Part shown: one piece after another, positions 26,256-36,537 of the stretch
Position numbering within the stretch: position 1 is the stretch's first letter
Layout of the letters: each line of letters starts with the position of its first letter
DNA from: Rhodoferax sp.
GTDB lineage: Bacteria; Pseudomonadota; Gammaproteobacteria; Burkholderiales; Burkholderiaceae_C
Assembly (NCBI GenBank): GCA_043776215.1
Contig: JAYVRP010000807.1
Coordinates: 1-56,864, forward strand
DNA: 56,864 nt
Direction of reading: 5' to 3'
Program-made: the position numbers and the translations under genes
The notes under the pieces: model-generated
What the model saw: only the letters and a program-made list of their open reading frames with translations
Databases searched by the model: none
Told to the model about the DNA's origin: nothing

Positions 26256-28293
26256 GGGGGCTTGCTCCGGGCCGGATGAACGCCAGTTGTTCGCGGGGGA
26301 TATGGCAGCGGATACCGTGGCCCTCGGGCGTGGTCTGCCAGGGCGGGGCCGTGGTGGCGCAGAGGTCACCGATGCGCCGCGGGCATCGACGCTGGAACGG
26401 ACAGCCGGTGGCCGGCGGGCCGAGCTCCAGCACATCGTCGGTCAGGAGCGCAGGGGCGTGGTCCGGGTCCGGCTCGAGCACAGCGCCGAGCAGCACCTCG
26501 GTATAGGGGTGTGACGGGCTGGCGTAGACGGCCTGGGTGGGGCCGATCTCGCACAGACGCCCCTGGTAGAGCACGGCCACGCGGTTGGCCAGTGCACGGA
26601 CGACAGCCAGGTCGTGGGAGACAAACAGGTAGGTGGTGCCGCGGTCGCGCTGCAGCTCGCTGAGCAGTTCCAGCACCGCCGCCTGCACCGAGACGTCCAG
26701 CGCCGAGGTGACCTCGTCGCACAGCACGATGTCCGGATCGGCGGCGAAGGCGCGCGCGATGGCCACGCGCTGCTTCTCGCCGCCCGACATCTGGCTGGGC
26801 AGGCGGTCCAGGTAGTGGCTGCCCAGCCGCACCCGTTCCAGCAGTTCCACGCTGCGCCGCTGCAGGGCCTCGCCCTGCAGGCCGAAGTAGAGTTGCAGCG
26901 GCTGCGCCAGGATCTGCGCCACGGTGTGGCGCGGGTTGAGGCTGTCGTCCGGGTTCTGGAATACCAGCTGGATGCGGCGCAGGTGGTCCGGTGGGCGATG
27001 GTCCACGTCCGGCTCCAGCGCGTCACCGGTGCCAAATGTGATTGCGCCCGCGGTGGGCGCCAGCAGGCCTGCCACCGTCTTGAGGATGGTGGACTTGCCG
27101 CTGCCCGACTCGCCTACCAGGCCGATGGTTTCGCCCTGGCCCACGTGCAGCGCAAACCGGTCCACGGTGTTGGGGGTGGTGGGTCGGCGGCCCAGCAGCT
27201 GGGCGAACAGCGAAGGCCGGGTGTAGGTGATCGAGAGGTCATCGAGCACCAGGGCGGGTGGCCGGGCTTCGCGCACGAGGGGCGCTGCGGTCGGCGGGAT
27301 GCCAGCTGCCTGCGGTGGGCGGATCCGGTCATGGAAGTGGCAGCGCGTGGTCTCGCCACCGGGCAATGCCACCAGCCCGGGGCGTTCGCTGCGGCATCGC
27401 TCTTCGGCCATGCCGCAGCGATCCACGAACGAGCACCCTGCGCCGGCGCCACCCGGTGCAGGCGGTCGGCCCGCCAGCGCGGCGGGAAGACGCGGATCGC
27501 TGATGCGGGGGATGGAGGCGAGCAGCCCGCGCGCGTACGGATGCATGGGCTCGCCCAGCACCTTGCGGGTGCTGCCCTGCAACACCACCTCGCCGGCGTA
27601 GAGCACCACCACGCGATCGCACACTCGGGCAATGGCGCCCAAGTCGTGGCTCACGTACACCATCGCAGTGCCGGTCTGCCGGTTGAGCTCGCGCAGCAGT
27701 TCGAGGATGTGGGCCTGCGTGGTTACATCGAGCCCGGTGGTGGGCTCGTCGAGCAGCAGCGCGTCGGGCTCGCCGGCCAGCGCCATGGCGATGGCCACGC
27801 GCTGCTGCTGCCCACCGGAGAGTTCGTGGGGATAGCGCTGCAGGATCGCCTCGGGCTGAGGCAGACGCACCTGCGTCATCAGTTCGACCACGCGCCGGGC
27901 GTAGTCATCGGCCGGCAGACGGCTGTGCAACTGGAGCGCTTCGGTCATCTGCGCGCCGATGCGCAGCGTGGGTGTCAGCGACTGCCCGGAGTTCTGCGGA
28001 ATCAGCGCGATCTTGCCGCCGCGCAACTGTTCCAGCGCCGCATGGGGCAGGGCGAACATGTCGTGGCTGCGGAAATGCACAGTGCCACCCATGACCTTAA
28101 GCCCGGTCTTGAGATAGCCCATTGCCGCCAGCGCCAGCGTGCTCTTGCCCGACCCGCTCTCACCCACCAGACCGACGCTCTCACCGCGGCGCACCGTTAG
28201 GTCGATGTTGCGCAGCACCGGCAGCATAGCGCCACTGCGACCGGAAAAGCCGACCGTGAGGTCCCGCACAAGAATCAAGTCTTCCTGGTCCAT
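26248..28293 (-). CDS. Peptide/nickel-type ABC transporter, fused double ATPase
   Basis: Two GESGSGKST Walker A motifs, two SGG signatures, two Cys-rich oligopeptide-type C-terminal segments. Confidence 0.93.
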   Translation of the reverse strand: MDQEDLILVRDLTVGFSGRSGAMLPVLRNIDLTVRRGESVGLVGESGSGKSTLALAAMGYLKTGLKVMGGTVHFRSHDMFALPHAALEQLRGGKIALIPQNSGQSLTPTLRIGAQMTEALQLHSRLPADDYARRVVELMTQVRLPQPEAILQRYPHELSGGQQQRVAIAMALAGEPDALLLDEPTTGLDVTTQAHILELLRELNRQTGTAMVYVSHDLGAIARVCDRVVVLYAGEVVLQGSTRKVLGEPMHPYARGLLASIPRISDPRLPAALAGRPPAPGGAGAGCSFVDRCGMAEERCRSERPGLVALPGGETTRCHFHDRIRPPQAAGIPPTAAPLVREARPPALVLDDLSITYTRPSLFAQLLGRRPTTPNTVDRFALHVGQGETIGLVGESGSGKSTILKTVAGLLAPTAGAITFGTGDALEPDVDHRPPDHLRRIQLVFQNPDDSLNPRHTVAQILAQPLQLYFGLQGEALQRRSVELLERVRLGSHYLDRLPSQMSGGEKQRVAIARAFAADPDIVLCDEVTSALDVSVQAAVLELLSELQRDRGTTYLFVSHDLAVVRALANRVAVLYQGRLCEIGPTQAVYASPSHPYTEVLLGAVLEPDPDHAPALLTDDVLELGPPATGCPFQRRCPRRIGDLCATTAPPWQTTPEGHGIRCHIPREQLAFIRPGASPHD

Positions 28294-28294
28294 G

Positions 28295-29191
28295 TCAGAT
28301 CGGTGCCTTCTGGGCGCGGTCCACGCCCAGCGCCTTGGCCAAGGCGTCGGCCGTCAGGTTGATACCGATGATGAGCGAACTCAGCGCAGCGATGGGGTAC
28401 AGGCCGGCCCAGGGCGCAATGGGCAGGTAGGTGCGGGAGTCGGCGATCATCAGGCCCCAGTCCGGTGTAGGGGGGGAGACGCCGAAGCCGAGGAAGGACA
28501 GCGAGCTGAAGGCCAGCAGCATCCAGGACCAACGCATCGCGCCTTCGACCATCAGCGCGTCCAGCACGTTGGGGAAAAGTTCCGTGGCGATGATGCTGAG
28601 GCGCCGGTGGCCGCGCGCACGCGCGGCCAGCACGTAGTCGCGCGCCACAACGTTGTGCGCTGCAGCGCGCGCGATCCGGATCACCGGGATGCCGTAGAAC
28701 ACGGCCAGCGTGGGGATCAGCACGCCGATGCCGGTGCCGAAGGTGACGATGAGCAGCAGCATCTTCAGGATCCACGGCAGCGCCAGGAAGGCGTCCACCA
28801 CGCGCATCAGTACATCGTCCAGGCGCCCGCCGACCAGGCCGAGGTAGATGCCGACGAAACCACCCCATACCACGGCCAGCGGTGTGGCCAGCAGGGTGAC
28901 CAGGATTGCCTCACGGCCGCCCAGAAGGGTGCGGGTGAGTACGTCGCGCCCCAGCGGGTCGGTGCCGAACCAGTGCGCGGCGTCGGGCGGGGCGAGCATC
29001 AGTGTCGCGCTCTGCGCCTTGAAATCGTAAGGAACCAGCCATGGGCTGGCGATGGCGATCAGCAGGTGCAACAGGACCAGGGCCATGCCGATGGCGCCGG
29101 ACGGCCGCCTGAGCATGTCGCGCAGGGTGACGACCAGACGTCGCCGGCGCGTGGGGCGCTGGGGGTGTGGGAGTGACGCGGTGGAGCTCAT
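28295..29191 (-). CDS. ABC permease (DppC-like)
   Basis: HWFGTDPLGRDV, YVLAARARG, LSFLGFG..PPTPDWG. Confidence 0.92.
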   Translation of the reverse strand: MSSTASLPHPQRPTRRRRLVVTLRDMLRRPSGAIGMALVLLHLLIAIASPWLVPYDFKAQSATLMLAPPDAAHWFGTDPLGRDVLTRTLLGGREAILVTLLATPLAVVWGGFVGIYLGLVGGRLDDVLMRVVDAFLALPWILKMLLLIVTFGTGIGVLIPTLAVFYGIPVIRIARAAAHNVVARDYVLAARARGHRRLSIIATELFPNVLDALMVEGAMRWSWMLLAFSSLSFLGFGVSPPTPDWGLMIADSRTYLPIAPWAGLYPIAALSSLIIGINLTADALAKALGVDRAQKAPI

Positions 29192-30147
29192 GCCCGTTTG
29201 GCCATCGCCGTGCGCAGGCGCGGATTGGCCAGCAGCGTGAGCAGATCGGCGCTCAGGTTGACCACCACGTAGACCGAGGCCACGATGAGCGCGATGGCCT
29301 GCACCAGGCCCAGGTCCCGGTCGGAGATGGCGCTGATCATCAGCCTGCCCAGCCCGGGGTAGTTGAAGACAGTCTCGATCACCACCACGCCGCCGAGGAG
29401 CCAGGCCACAGTCAGCGCCACCACGTTGATAGCCGGCAACAACGCGTTGGGCAGCACATGGCGCAGCACCATGCGCCGGTAGGGCACACCTTTAAGGGTT
29501 GCCATGCGCACGTAGTCGCTGTCGAGCACCTCGATCATGCTTGAGCGCACCGTGCGCAGGATGTGGGCGGTCATGACCATCGAGAGCACCGCCACCGGCA
29601 GCACGATGCCAGGGAAGAAATCCCCCAGCGGTGCGTTGGCTGAGGTGAGGATGATGCCCGGCAGCCAGCCCAGCCAGCCGCTGAACACGAGGATCAGGAT
29701 GGTGGCGGACACGAACTCGGGGATCGTCATGGCCGAGATGGCCAGGGCCGAGAGCACCAGGTCCAGCATGCGGTCCCGGCGCAGCGCGGCCAGGATTCCA
29801 GCCACAAAGGCGATGGGCAGGCCGACGGCGAGGGCGCTGATGCCCAGCAGCATCGAATTGCGGAAGCGGTCCGACACCAGTTCGCTGATGCGCTTCTGGC
29901 CGTGTGCCGACATTCCGAAATTCCCCCGCACGGCGGCCCAGGCCCAGCTGGCATAGCGGGTGACGGCTGGGCGCTCCAGCCCGAGTTCCTTGCGGCAGTT
30001 GGCCAGACGCTGGCCCTGGGCATCCTGCTGCAGCAAGGCGGTACAGGCATCGCCTGGGAGGGCCTCGACGGCGAAGAAGATGATCAGCGAGACCAGCCCG
30101 ACCGTGATCGCGCCCAGCATCAGGCGACGCAGGATCATTGTCAACAT
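29188..30147 (-). CDS. ABC permease (DppB-like)
   Basis: LPGDA, DYVRMATLKG, HVLPNAL, ETVFNYPGLG. Confidence 0.92.
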   Translation of the reverse strand: MLTMILRRLMLGAITVGLVSLIIFFAVEALPGDACTALLQQDAQGQRLANCRKELGLERPAVTRYASWAWAAVRGNFGMSAHGQKRISELVSDRFRNSMLLGISALAVGLPIAFVAGILAALRRDRMLDLVLSALAISAMTIPEFVSATILILVFSGWLGWLPGIILTSANAPLGDFFPGIVLPVAVLSMVMTAHILRTVRSSMIEVLDSDYVRMATLKGVPYRRMVLRHVLPNALLPAINVVALTVAWLLGGVVVIETVFNYPGLGRLMISAISDRDLGLVQAIALIVASVYVVVNLSADLLTLLANPRLRTAMAKRA

Positions 30148-30241
30148 GCAAGCGCCCTGTCGGTAGGTGGCCGCCGCCCGAACCTCATGGCAGCAGGATG
30201 GGCTGGCGCGGCCGGCACAGGTCCGGCCTGCGTCAGGATGT

Positions 30242-31726
30242 TCAGTCGACCGTCACGCGGTTCCAGCGGATGGTGAAGTTCTCCACTGCGTCGAGGTTCT
30301 TGACCCGGGAAGTCATGCCCATGGTGAGGTTGGCGCTGAATGCCACCAGGGTTCCGCTGTTCTCCCACAGGTATTCCTGCGCCTGCTGGTACTTGGCGCG
30401 CCGCTTGTCGAAGTTGAGCTCCTTGCGGGCATCGTCAAGCATGGCGTCGAACTTGGCATCCTTGAAGAAACTCTCGTTCCAGGTGGCGCCGCCGCGGTAG
30501 ATCTCGTTCAGTGCGGCGTCGGCCGGGCGCTGGTTCCAGCGGGTCATAGAGACGGGGCGCTTCATCCAGATCTCGTTGAAGTAGCCGTCCGACGGCACCT
30601 GCGCGATCTTGACGCGGATGCCGGCCGCAGCCACCTGCTGCTGGAACACCTCGGCCATCGCGGGCCACACGGCCTCGACCGTGGCGACGGGCAGTTCGAT
30701 GTCGATGCCGTTCGGATAACCGGCCTCCGCCAGCAGGGCCTTGGCCTTGGCAATGTCCTGGGTGCAGGTGCCATTCCAGCGGTACATGTCGGTCGGGCCG
30801 ACCGGGGTGTCGCAGGCCACGGTGCCGAGCCCGCCGGCAGCAAGCTCGATCAAGGCCTTGCGGTCCACAGCCAGCCGGACAGCCTTGCGCACGCGCGGGT
30901 CGTCAAAGGGCTTGGTGTCGGTGCGCAGCACGATGCCACGCCAGTTGCCGGTCGGGATCTGCTGGAAGGTGAAGCCGCCAGCGCGCTCGAGCAGCGTCTT
31001 TTGCTGCGGCGTCAGGCTGTTGGGAGACAGGTCGATCTGCTTGCCCATCAAGGCCTGGAAACGGGCCTGGGCGTCCGGGATACCGACAAGTTCAACCTTG
31101 GCGACGCCCGGCGGACCTTCGAAGTAGTTCATATTGGCCACCAGCACCGTGGTGCCCTGGGCATCGAACTTCTCCAGCTTGAATGGACCGGTGCCAATGC
31201 CGGTGGTCTTGATGGTGTCGCCCGAGCCATCCGGGATCATCATCAGCCGGTAGTCGGTGAAGACCAGTGGTAGGTCGGCATACGGTGCGCCGAGGGTGAA
31301 CTTGACGGTCTTGGCATCCACTGCCTCGATCTTGTCGATCATTTTGATCGATGCACGGGCCGGGGAATCCAGCTTCGGGTCCTGAACGCGCTTGAGCGAG
31401 TAGACGACATCGGCGGCCGTGAAGGGCTTGCCGTTGTGGAAGGTCACGCCCTCGCGCAGCTTGAAAGTCCATTCGGTGGCGGTGGCGTTGGCCGACCAGC
31501 TCAGCGCCAGATCGGGCGCAAGCTTGCCGTCCACTCCGGGACGCACCAGCCGGTTCATGATCTTCTCGGTCACGTGGTAGACGCGGCTCTTGGAGATCGG
31601 GTCCACATCCGAAGCATTGCCAAAGCCGACTTCATGGGATTGGCGCAAGGTGCCCTTGGGTTGGGCGAGCGCCAGGGAGGCTCCCAACACTGCGGCTATG
31701 GTCAAAACACCTGCAAACTTGTTCAT
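30242..31726 (-). CDS. ABC substrate-binding protein, family 5
   Basis: Signal peptide; PDLALSW, FKLREGVTFHNG..FTAADV, GTGPF, PFDDPRVRKA. Confidence 0.93.
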   Translation of the reverse strand: MNKFAGVLTIAAVLGASLALAQPKGTLRQSHEVGFGNASDVDPISKSRVYHVTEKIMNRLVRPGVDGKLAPDLALSWSANATATEWTFKLREGVTFHNGKPFTAADVVYSLKRVQDPKLDSPARASIKMIDKIEAVDAKTVKFTLGAPYADLPLVFTDYRLMMIPDGSGDTIKTTGIGTGPFKLEKFDAQGTTVLVANMNYFEGPPGVAKVELVGIPDAQARFQALMGKQIDLSPNSLTPQQKTLLERAGGFTFQQIPTGNWRGIVLRTDTKPFDDPRVRKAVRLAVDRKALIELAAGGLGTVACDTPVGPTDMYRWNGTCTQDIAKAKALLAEAGYPNGIDIELPVATVEAVWPAMAEVFQQQVAAAGIRVKIAQVPSDGYFNEIWMKRPVSMTRWNQRPADAALNEIYRGGATWNESFFKDAKFDAMLDDARKELNFDKRRAKYQQAQEYLWENSGTLVAFSANLTMGMTSRVKNLDAVENFTIRWNRVTVD

Positions 31727-31932
31727 ACGCGGTCTCCTGGAGGATTCATGAAGAACGTTTCCTTATCGGTCAGGCCAACGGTCAGGCCGGCCCACCACTC
31801 TGGGGTGGTGATAAGAGTATGCATGTCCTTCCAATCGGCAACAAACGACATTTGCGGCGGCTATACATAAAGAAATATTTATTTGTCAGCTGGGCTGCCG
31901 GGCGTTCGTGAAGCGCCGGACCCGGGCCGTCG

Positions 31933-32814
31933 TCATGGCAATCCCTGGGGGACGCCGGGCAGGTGCGCGCGCATCCAGCGCACCGTGGCACCCAGGTAGT
32001 CGGGTGGCTGGCTTGCGCCGGGAAAATTCGGGCCGTGGCCACCTCCCGGAATGCGCAGCAGTTCGACCGGGACTTGGCAGGCCTGCAAGGCTGCATGCAT
32101 CGATTCGGACTGCCCAAAGGGGACCAAGTCGTCCGCATCCCCATGGATCAGCAGCATGGGCGATGCCGACGAGTCCACATGGTGCAGCGGGGAGGCGCTG
32201 CGATACGCGGAATGCTCGGTGGCGTAGGCCCCCGCCGCCTCGCCGCGGGCCAGCATGCCCAGGAAACTGGCCGCCACCGCCCCGCCGGTGCCGTTTGCGA
32301 AGCGGGTGAGGTCCACCGGGGGAGCGCGTGCCACGACGCACTGCACGCGCGCGCTGTCGCGGTTCACCGGGTCCGGATCTTGCGGATCACCCTGCCCGGG
32401 CAGGGTGCCCAGCAGGCAGGCCAGATGGCCGCCTGACGACCCGCCGCAGGCTCCGACACGATCAGGGCTGATTCCGAAGCGCGGCGCGTGGTGGCGAATG
32501 AAACGTATGGCCCGCTGAGCATCCTCCGGTGCGCCGGGAAAGCGAAAGCGCGGCGCGGCGCGGTGATTGATTGCGAACACGGTGTAGCCCGCCTCGCACA
32601 GGGTGTCGATGTACGGTCGCCCCAGCGGCGTATCTTTGAGTGGCTGCGCGTCGTAGCCTAGCGGAGCATGCCAGCCACTGCCATGGATGCAGACGACCCC
32701 ATACCCATTGCCGTGGGACGGATGGTGGACATCCATCAGCAGGGCCAGGCCGGAGTGCATGCCATAGACCAGGTCGGCCTGTAACCGGCGCACCGCCGCG
32801 TGTTGCTCAGTCAT
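31933..32814 (-). CDS. Alpha/beta hydrolase (esterase/lipase-like)
   Basis: IHGSGW, GGSSGG, HGDADDLVP, GGGHG. Confidence 0.85.
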   Translation of the reverse strand: MTEQHAAVRRLQADLVYGMHSGLALLMDVHHPSHGNGYGVVCIHGSGWHAPLGYDAQPLKDTPLGRPYIDTLCEAGYTVFAINHRAAPRFRFPGAPEDAQRAIRFIRHHAPRFGISPDRVGACGGSSGGHLACLLGTLPGQGDPQDPDPVNRDSARVQCVVARAPPVDLTRFANGTGGAVAASFLGMLARGEAAGAYATEHSAYRSASPLHHVDSSASPMLLIHGDADDLVPFGQSESMHAALQACQVPVELLRIPGGGHGPNFPGASQPPDYLGATVRWMRAHLPGVPQGLP

Positions 32815-33027
32815 CCGATGAGTCCGCCATCATCCGACCCTACCACGGCGATCGGGAGCGGATGGAGTGCGTGGTCGACCAGCAGCATGCTTGGGTCGCA
32901 AGTATGGCACCTGAAGCCCGACACGGACAAACCACTTATTCGTTGGCATGGCAATAGAAGGTTTGATCCATGGACCCGTTGACCGCCTTACCATGTTGTC
33001 TTTGCCTGTGTCGCCGGCCTCGTCGGT

Positions 33028-33738
33028 GTGAGCCACCCCATGACAATGCTTCCCAGACTGTTTGCCGTCGGTGGCGGTGGCTTCACCCACGAAGCCGACC
33101 CCGCCATGGAGGACTTCCTGTTGGCACAGCTGCCTGTGGCGCTTCCACACGTCGGCTTCGTTGGCACGGCGAGCCGGGACGACCCCGTGAAGATCGCCCG
33201 CTTTCACGCGCGCTTCGACGGACTGTGCGCCACGCATACCCACCTGCCGATGTCCGCCGATGCGGCGCATGCGCAGGCCTGGGTGGAGGGGCTGGACATG
33301 GTCTATGTGGGGGGCGGCAATACCTTGCACCTGGTGGCCCATTGGCGCAGCCAGGGGATCGACCAGGTCATGCTGGATGCGGCGCGGCGCGGCGTGCTGA
33401 TGGCCGGTGTGAGCGCCGGTGCGAATGTCTGGTTTGCGCAGGCCCTGTCGGATTCCGGGGGGCGGGGCCTGGAGCCTGCGGTCGGCATCGGGCTCATGGC
33501 CGGCAGTTGCTGTCCACACTATTCCAGCGAGCCGCAGCGCCAGCCTGCCTTCATGGCTTGCGTGGCCCAGGGCCAATTGGCGGACGGCATTGCCATCGAC
33601 GATGGCGCGGCAGTCCTGATCGATGAGGCTGGCAGCGCAAGGGTCTTTGCGGCGCGTGCCGGTGCCGGGGCGTTGCGCGTGTGCCGCCTGGGCGATGCGG
33701 CCGTTTGCAAGCCCGTCGCGCGCGCGCTCAAGCCATAG
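33028..33738 (+). CDS. Peptidase E / S51 family
   Basis: FVGTAS.D, YVGGGNT, GVSAGA (Ser), CPHY, IDDGAA; start uncertain (33028/33040/33046). Confidence 0.85.
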   Translation: MSHPMTMLPRLFAVGGGGFTHEADPAMEDFLLAQLPVALPHVGFVGTASRDDPVKIARFHARFDGLCATHTHLPMSADAAHAQAWVEGLDMVYVGGGNTLHLVAHWRSQGIDQVMLDAARRGVLMAGVSAGANVWFAQALSDSGGRGLEPAVGIGLMAGSCCPHYSSEPQRQPAFMACVAQGQLADGIAIDDGAAVLIDEAGSARVFAARAGAGALRVCRLGDAAVCKPVARALKP

Positions 33739-34618
33739 CGGCCGATTCAGACTCGATCCAATTGCACACTGCCTGCACTTCCGGCAGGACACGGGCGCCC
33801 GGCCGGTGGATCAGATGGTAGGCACGCGCAGGATGCAGTACGGTGTCGAACGGACAGACAAGGCGTCCCGCCTCGACTTCGTTGCTCAGAAACGGAAAGG
33901 TGCCCATGATCACACCGTGGCCATCCAGCGCTGCTTGCAGCACCAGGTTCGAGTCCCGCATCGTGGTTTCCTGGGGGCTCTTGAGGTCACTCAGCCCCAC
34001 CAGCCGAGACCAGGCGTTCCACTCCTCGCGGTCCCACTGGTGGATGATGGGAAAGCGTGCCAGTTCCGCAGGGCGCCGCAGGCCGCCGCGCTCCTTCATC
34101 AATGCCGGGCTGAGCGTGGGGAGGTAGTACACATCGAACAGCCTTTTGCACTCCAGGCCCGACCACTCCCCCGTCCCCCAGTCGACCCCGACCATGCTGA
34201 TCAACTGCTCCGCACTCGTGATGCGCGGGCTGTTGTGCAACACGAGTTCGATGGTTGGGTGCAGGCGGTAAAAGCGGCTGAGTCGAGGAATCAGCCAGCG
34301 CGAGCCGAAGATCGGACCGATAGCTAAGGTAACGGTCTTGCGGTTGGTCGTGATGTGGGCGTCTACCTCCGCCCGGATGTCGTCAAAGGCCCGGCTCAGG
34401 ACCCGTGACAGAGACCGGCCGGCATCGGTCAGCACCACGCGGCGGGTATGGCGTATGAACAGCGGGCAGCCCCAGTCCGATTCGAGCTGACGGATCTGGT
34501 TGCTCACGCTGGTGGGGGTGACCCGCAGCTCTTCGGCCGCCGCCTTGAAGCTGAGCAGGCGCGCGGCCGCTTCGAACGAGCGCAAAGCGGTGAGTGGCAG
34601 GCGGCTTCTGGAAGACAT
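33728..34618 (-). CDS. LysR-family regulator, GcvA-like
   Basis: LPLTALRSFEAAARLLSFKAAAEELRVTPTSVSNQIRQLE. Confidence 0.92.
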   Translation of the reverse strand: MSSRSRLPLTALRSFEAAARLLSFKAAAEELRVTPTSVSNQIRQLESDWGCPLFIRHTRRVVLTDAGRSLSRVLSRAFDDIRAEVDAHITTNRKTVTLAIGPIFGSRWLIPRLSRFYRLHPTIELVLHNSPRITSAEQLISMVGVDWGTGEWSGLECKRLFDVYYLPTLSPALMKERGGLRRPAELARFPIIHQWDREEWNAWSRLVGLSDLKSPQETTMRDSNLVLQAALDGHGVIMGTFPFLSNEVEAGRLVCPFDTVLHPARAYHLIHRPGARVLPEVQAVCNWIESESAAMA

Positions 34619-34774
34619 GGTGGGAGTGTAAGCAGGGACGCCGCATGGACTAAATAAAGTTTATTCATGGGCAAAAAATGATCGTTTGTCGATGGCTGGC
34701 AGGCCCCGCAGACTCCGTGGTTATCAGCAGGCCACCAAGTTGCCCCATTGATCACCCTACGAGGAGACACCGCG

Positions 34775-36526
34775 ATGACCGAGCAAGCCATACGCAAACT
34801 GCGCGGCGGCAACCTGCTGGCGCGCGCGCTGCTGGAGAAAGGCGTCGAGCATGTGTTCACCCTGGCTGGCGGCTTTTGCAACCCTGCCCTGGAGGGTTTC
34901 ATGGAGTGCGACATGCGGGTCATCAACTGCCCCCATGAGCAGGTGGCAGGTCATCTGGCCGATGCCCATACCCGCCTCACGCGCAAACCTGCGGTCTGCC
35001 TCGTCGGGCCGGAGGGGTTTGCCAACGCCGTGCCCGCCATGATGGAGGCTTGGGGCGAACGCTCGCCGGTGATCTTCGTCACCGGTTCGAGCACGCTCAA
35101 GCGCAAGGGCGCCGGTGGCTTCAAGGAAATCGACGATGTGGCCATCGCAGCGCCGCTGACCAAGCACAGCGTCGGCATCACGGACGGCACGCGCATCAGC
35201 GAGTGCGTGGACCGCGCCTGGAAGATCGCTACCAGCGGCTACCCCGGACCGGTGCACATCAGCCTCCCGGTCGACATCATGTTCTCGTCCTTCGACGAGG
35301 ACGCTGGCCGGGAAGAACGCCCCTACGTGCGTACCGCGACGCCGCCGCCGCGGGCCTGGCCCGACCCCGGCGCGCTAAGCCCCATCCTCTCGCTGATCGC
35401 GCAGGCGAAGCGGCCAATAATCATCGGGGGCCACAGCGTATGGTGGTCGGGCAACGAGCGCAAGCTGGAAGCGACAGCCCGGGCCCTGCGCATTCCGGTG
35501 TTCAACATCCCCTACCACCAGAAGCTGTTGGGCGAGGAAAACGAAGCCTACATGGGCCTGGCCGACATCCACCAGTACCAGCCCTCGCGCCAGGCGCTGG
35601 AAGCCTGTGACGTGGTGGTGATGGTCGGAGGCCGTCTGGACAACCAGATGAACTTCGGCAACGCGCCGCTGTTTCCCGACACGCTGCAACTGGTGTGCGT
35701 GAACGGCTCCTTTGAGGAACTGGAGATGAACCGCTCGGCCGACCATGTGCTGCTGAGCGACCCCGGCGCGTTCTTCGATGCCCTGCTGGCCCTCAAGGCG
35801 CGTGGCGCCTGGTCCCTGGACCAGGGCTGGTTCGACACCAACCGCGCCTGGCGCGGCGAATGGGTCGCCAGGACACTGGCTGATCTGGCGCCCGACACCG
35901 AAGAGGCGGCGCGAACCGGCGGCAAGATCCACCCGCTGCAGCTCTCGCTTGATGTGCAGGCGGCCATGGGCGAGAACGACTGGCTGGTGTTCGACGGCGG
36001 CAATACACATTTCTGGTCCGAGATCGCGGTCAACCTGGCCGGATGGGGCGGCCAGAAGCTGGCCGGCATCCTGCACCCCGGGACCTTCAGCATGCTGGGC
36101 GTGGGCGTGTCGATGGCGGTGGCGGCCAAGAACACCCATCCAGATTCCACTGTGGTGCTGATCAGCGGCGACGGGGCCTTCCTGTCCGGTGGACTCTCCA
36201 TCGAGGCGGCCTTCCAGGAGAACCTGCCCATCGTGGTGGTGATCGACAACAACGGCGGGCTTGATTGCATCTCGCAGCAGCAGGAGCGGCTGTTCGCCAA
36301 TGGCAAGCACTTCGCCACCGACTTCCGCGACATCCCGTTCCACACCATGTTCCAGGGCATGGGTGGCCACGGCGAGCTGGTGGAGCGGCGCGAGCAACTC
36401 GGCCCGGCCATCCGGCGCGCCATTGCCAGCGGCAAGACCGCCTGCGTCAACGTCAAGGCCAAGGGCGTGATCAGCCCGATCGTGTTGGCCACCACCAGCA
36501 AGCGCGACAAGGCGTCGATCGAATAG
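34775..36526 (+). CDS. TPP-binding enzyme (acetolactate synthase / 2-hydroxyacyl-CoA lyase superfamily)
   Basis: RBS GAGGAG; PHEQVAGHLAD, GPVHISLPVD, SGDGAF...DNN. Confidence 0.88.
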   Translation: MTEQAIRKLRGGNLLARALLEKGVEHVFTLAGGFCNPALEGFMECDMRVINCPHEQVAGHLADAHTRLTRKPAVCLVGPEGFANAVPAMMEAWGERSPVIFVTGSSTLKRKGAGGFKEIDDVAIAAPLTKHSVGITDGTRISECVDRAWKIATSGYPGPVHISLPVDIMFSSFDEDAGREERPYVRTATPPPRAWPDPGALSPILSLIAQAKRPIIIGGHSVWWSGNERKLEATARALRIPVFNIPYHQKLLGEENEAYMGLADIHQYQPSRQALEACDVVVMVGGRLDNQMNFGNAPLFPDTLQLVCVNGSFEELEMNRSADHVLLSDPGAFFDALLALKARGAWSLDQGWFDTNRAWRGEWVARTLADLAPDTEEAARTGGKIHPLQLSLDVQAAMGENDWLVFDGGNTHFWSEIAVNLAGWGGQKLAGILHPGTFSMLGVGVSMAVAAKNTHPDSTVVLISGDGAFLSGGLSIEAAFQENLPIVVVIDNNGGLDCISQQQERLFANGKHFATDFRDIPFHTMFQGMGGHGELVERREQLGPAIRRAIASGKTACVNVKAKGVISPIVLATTSKRDKASIE

Positions 36527-36537
36527 GAGAGCCCACC

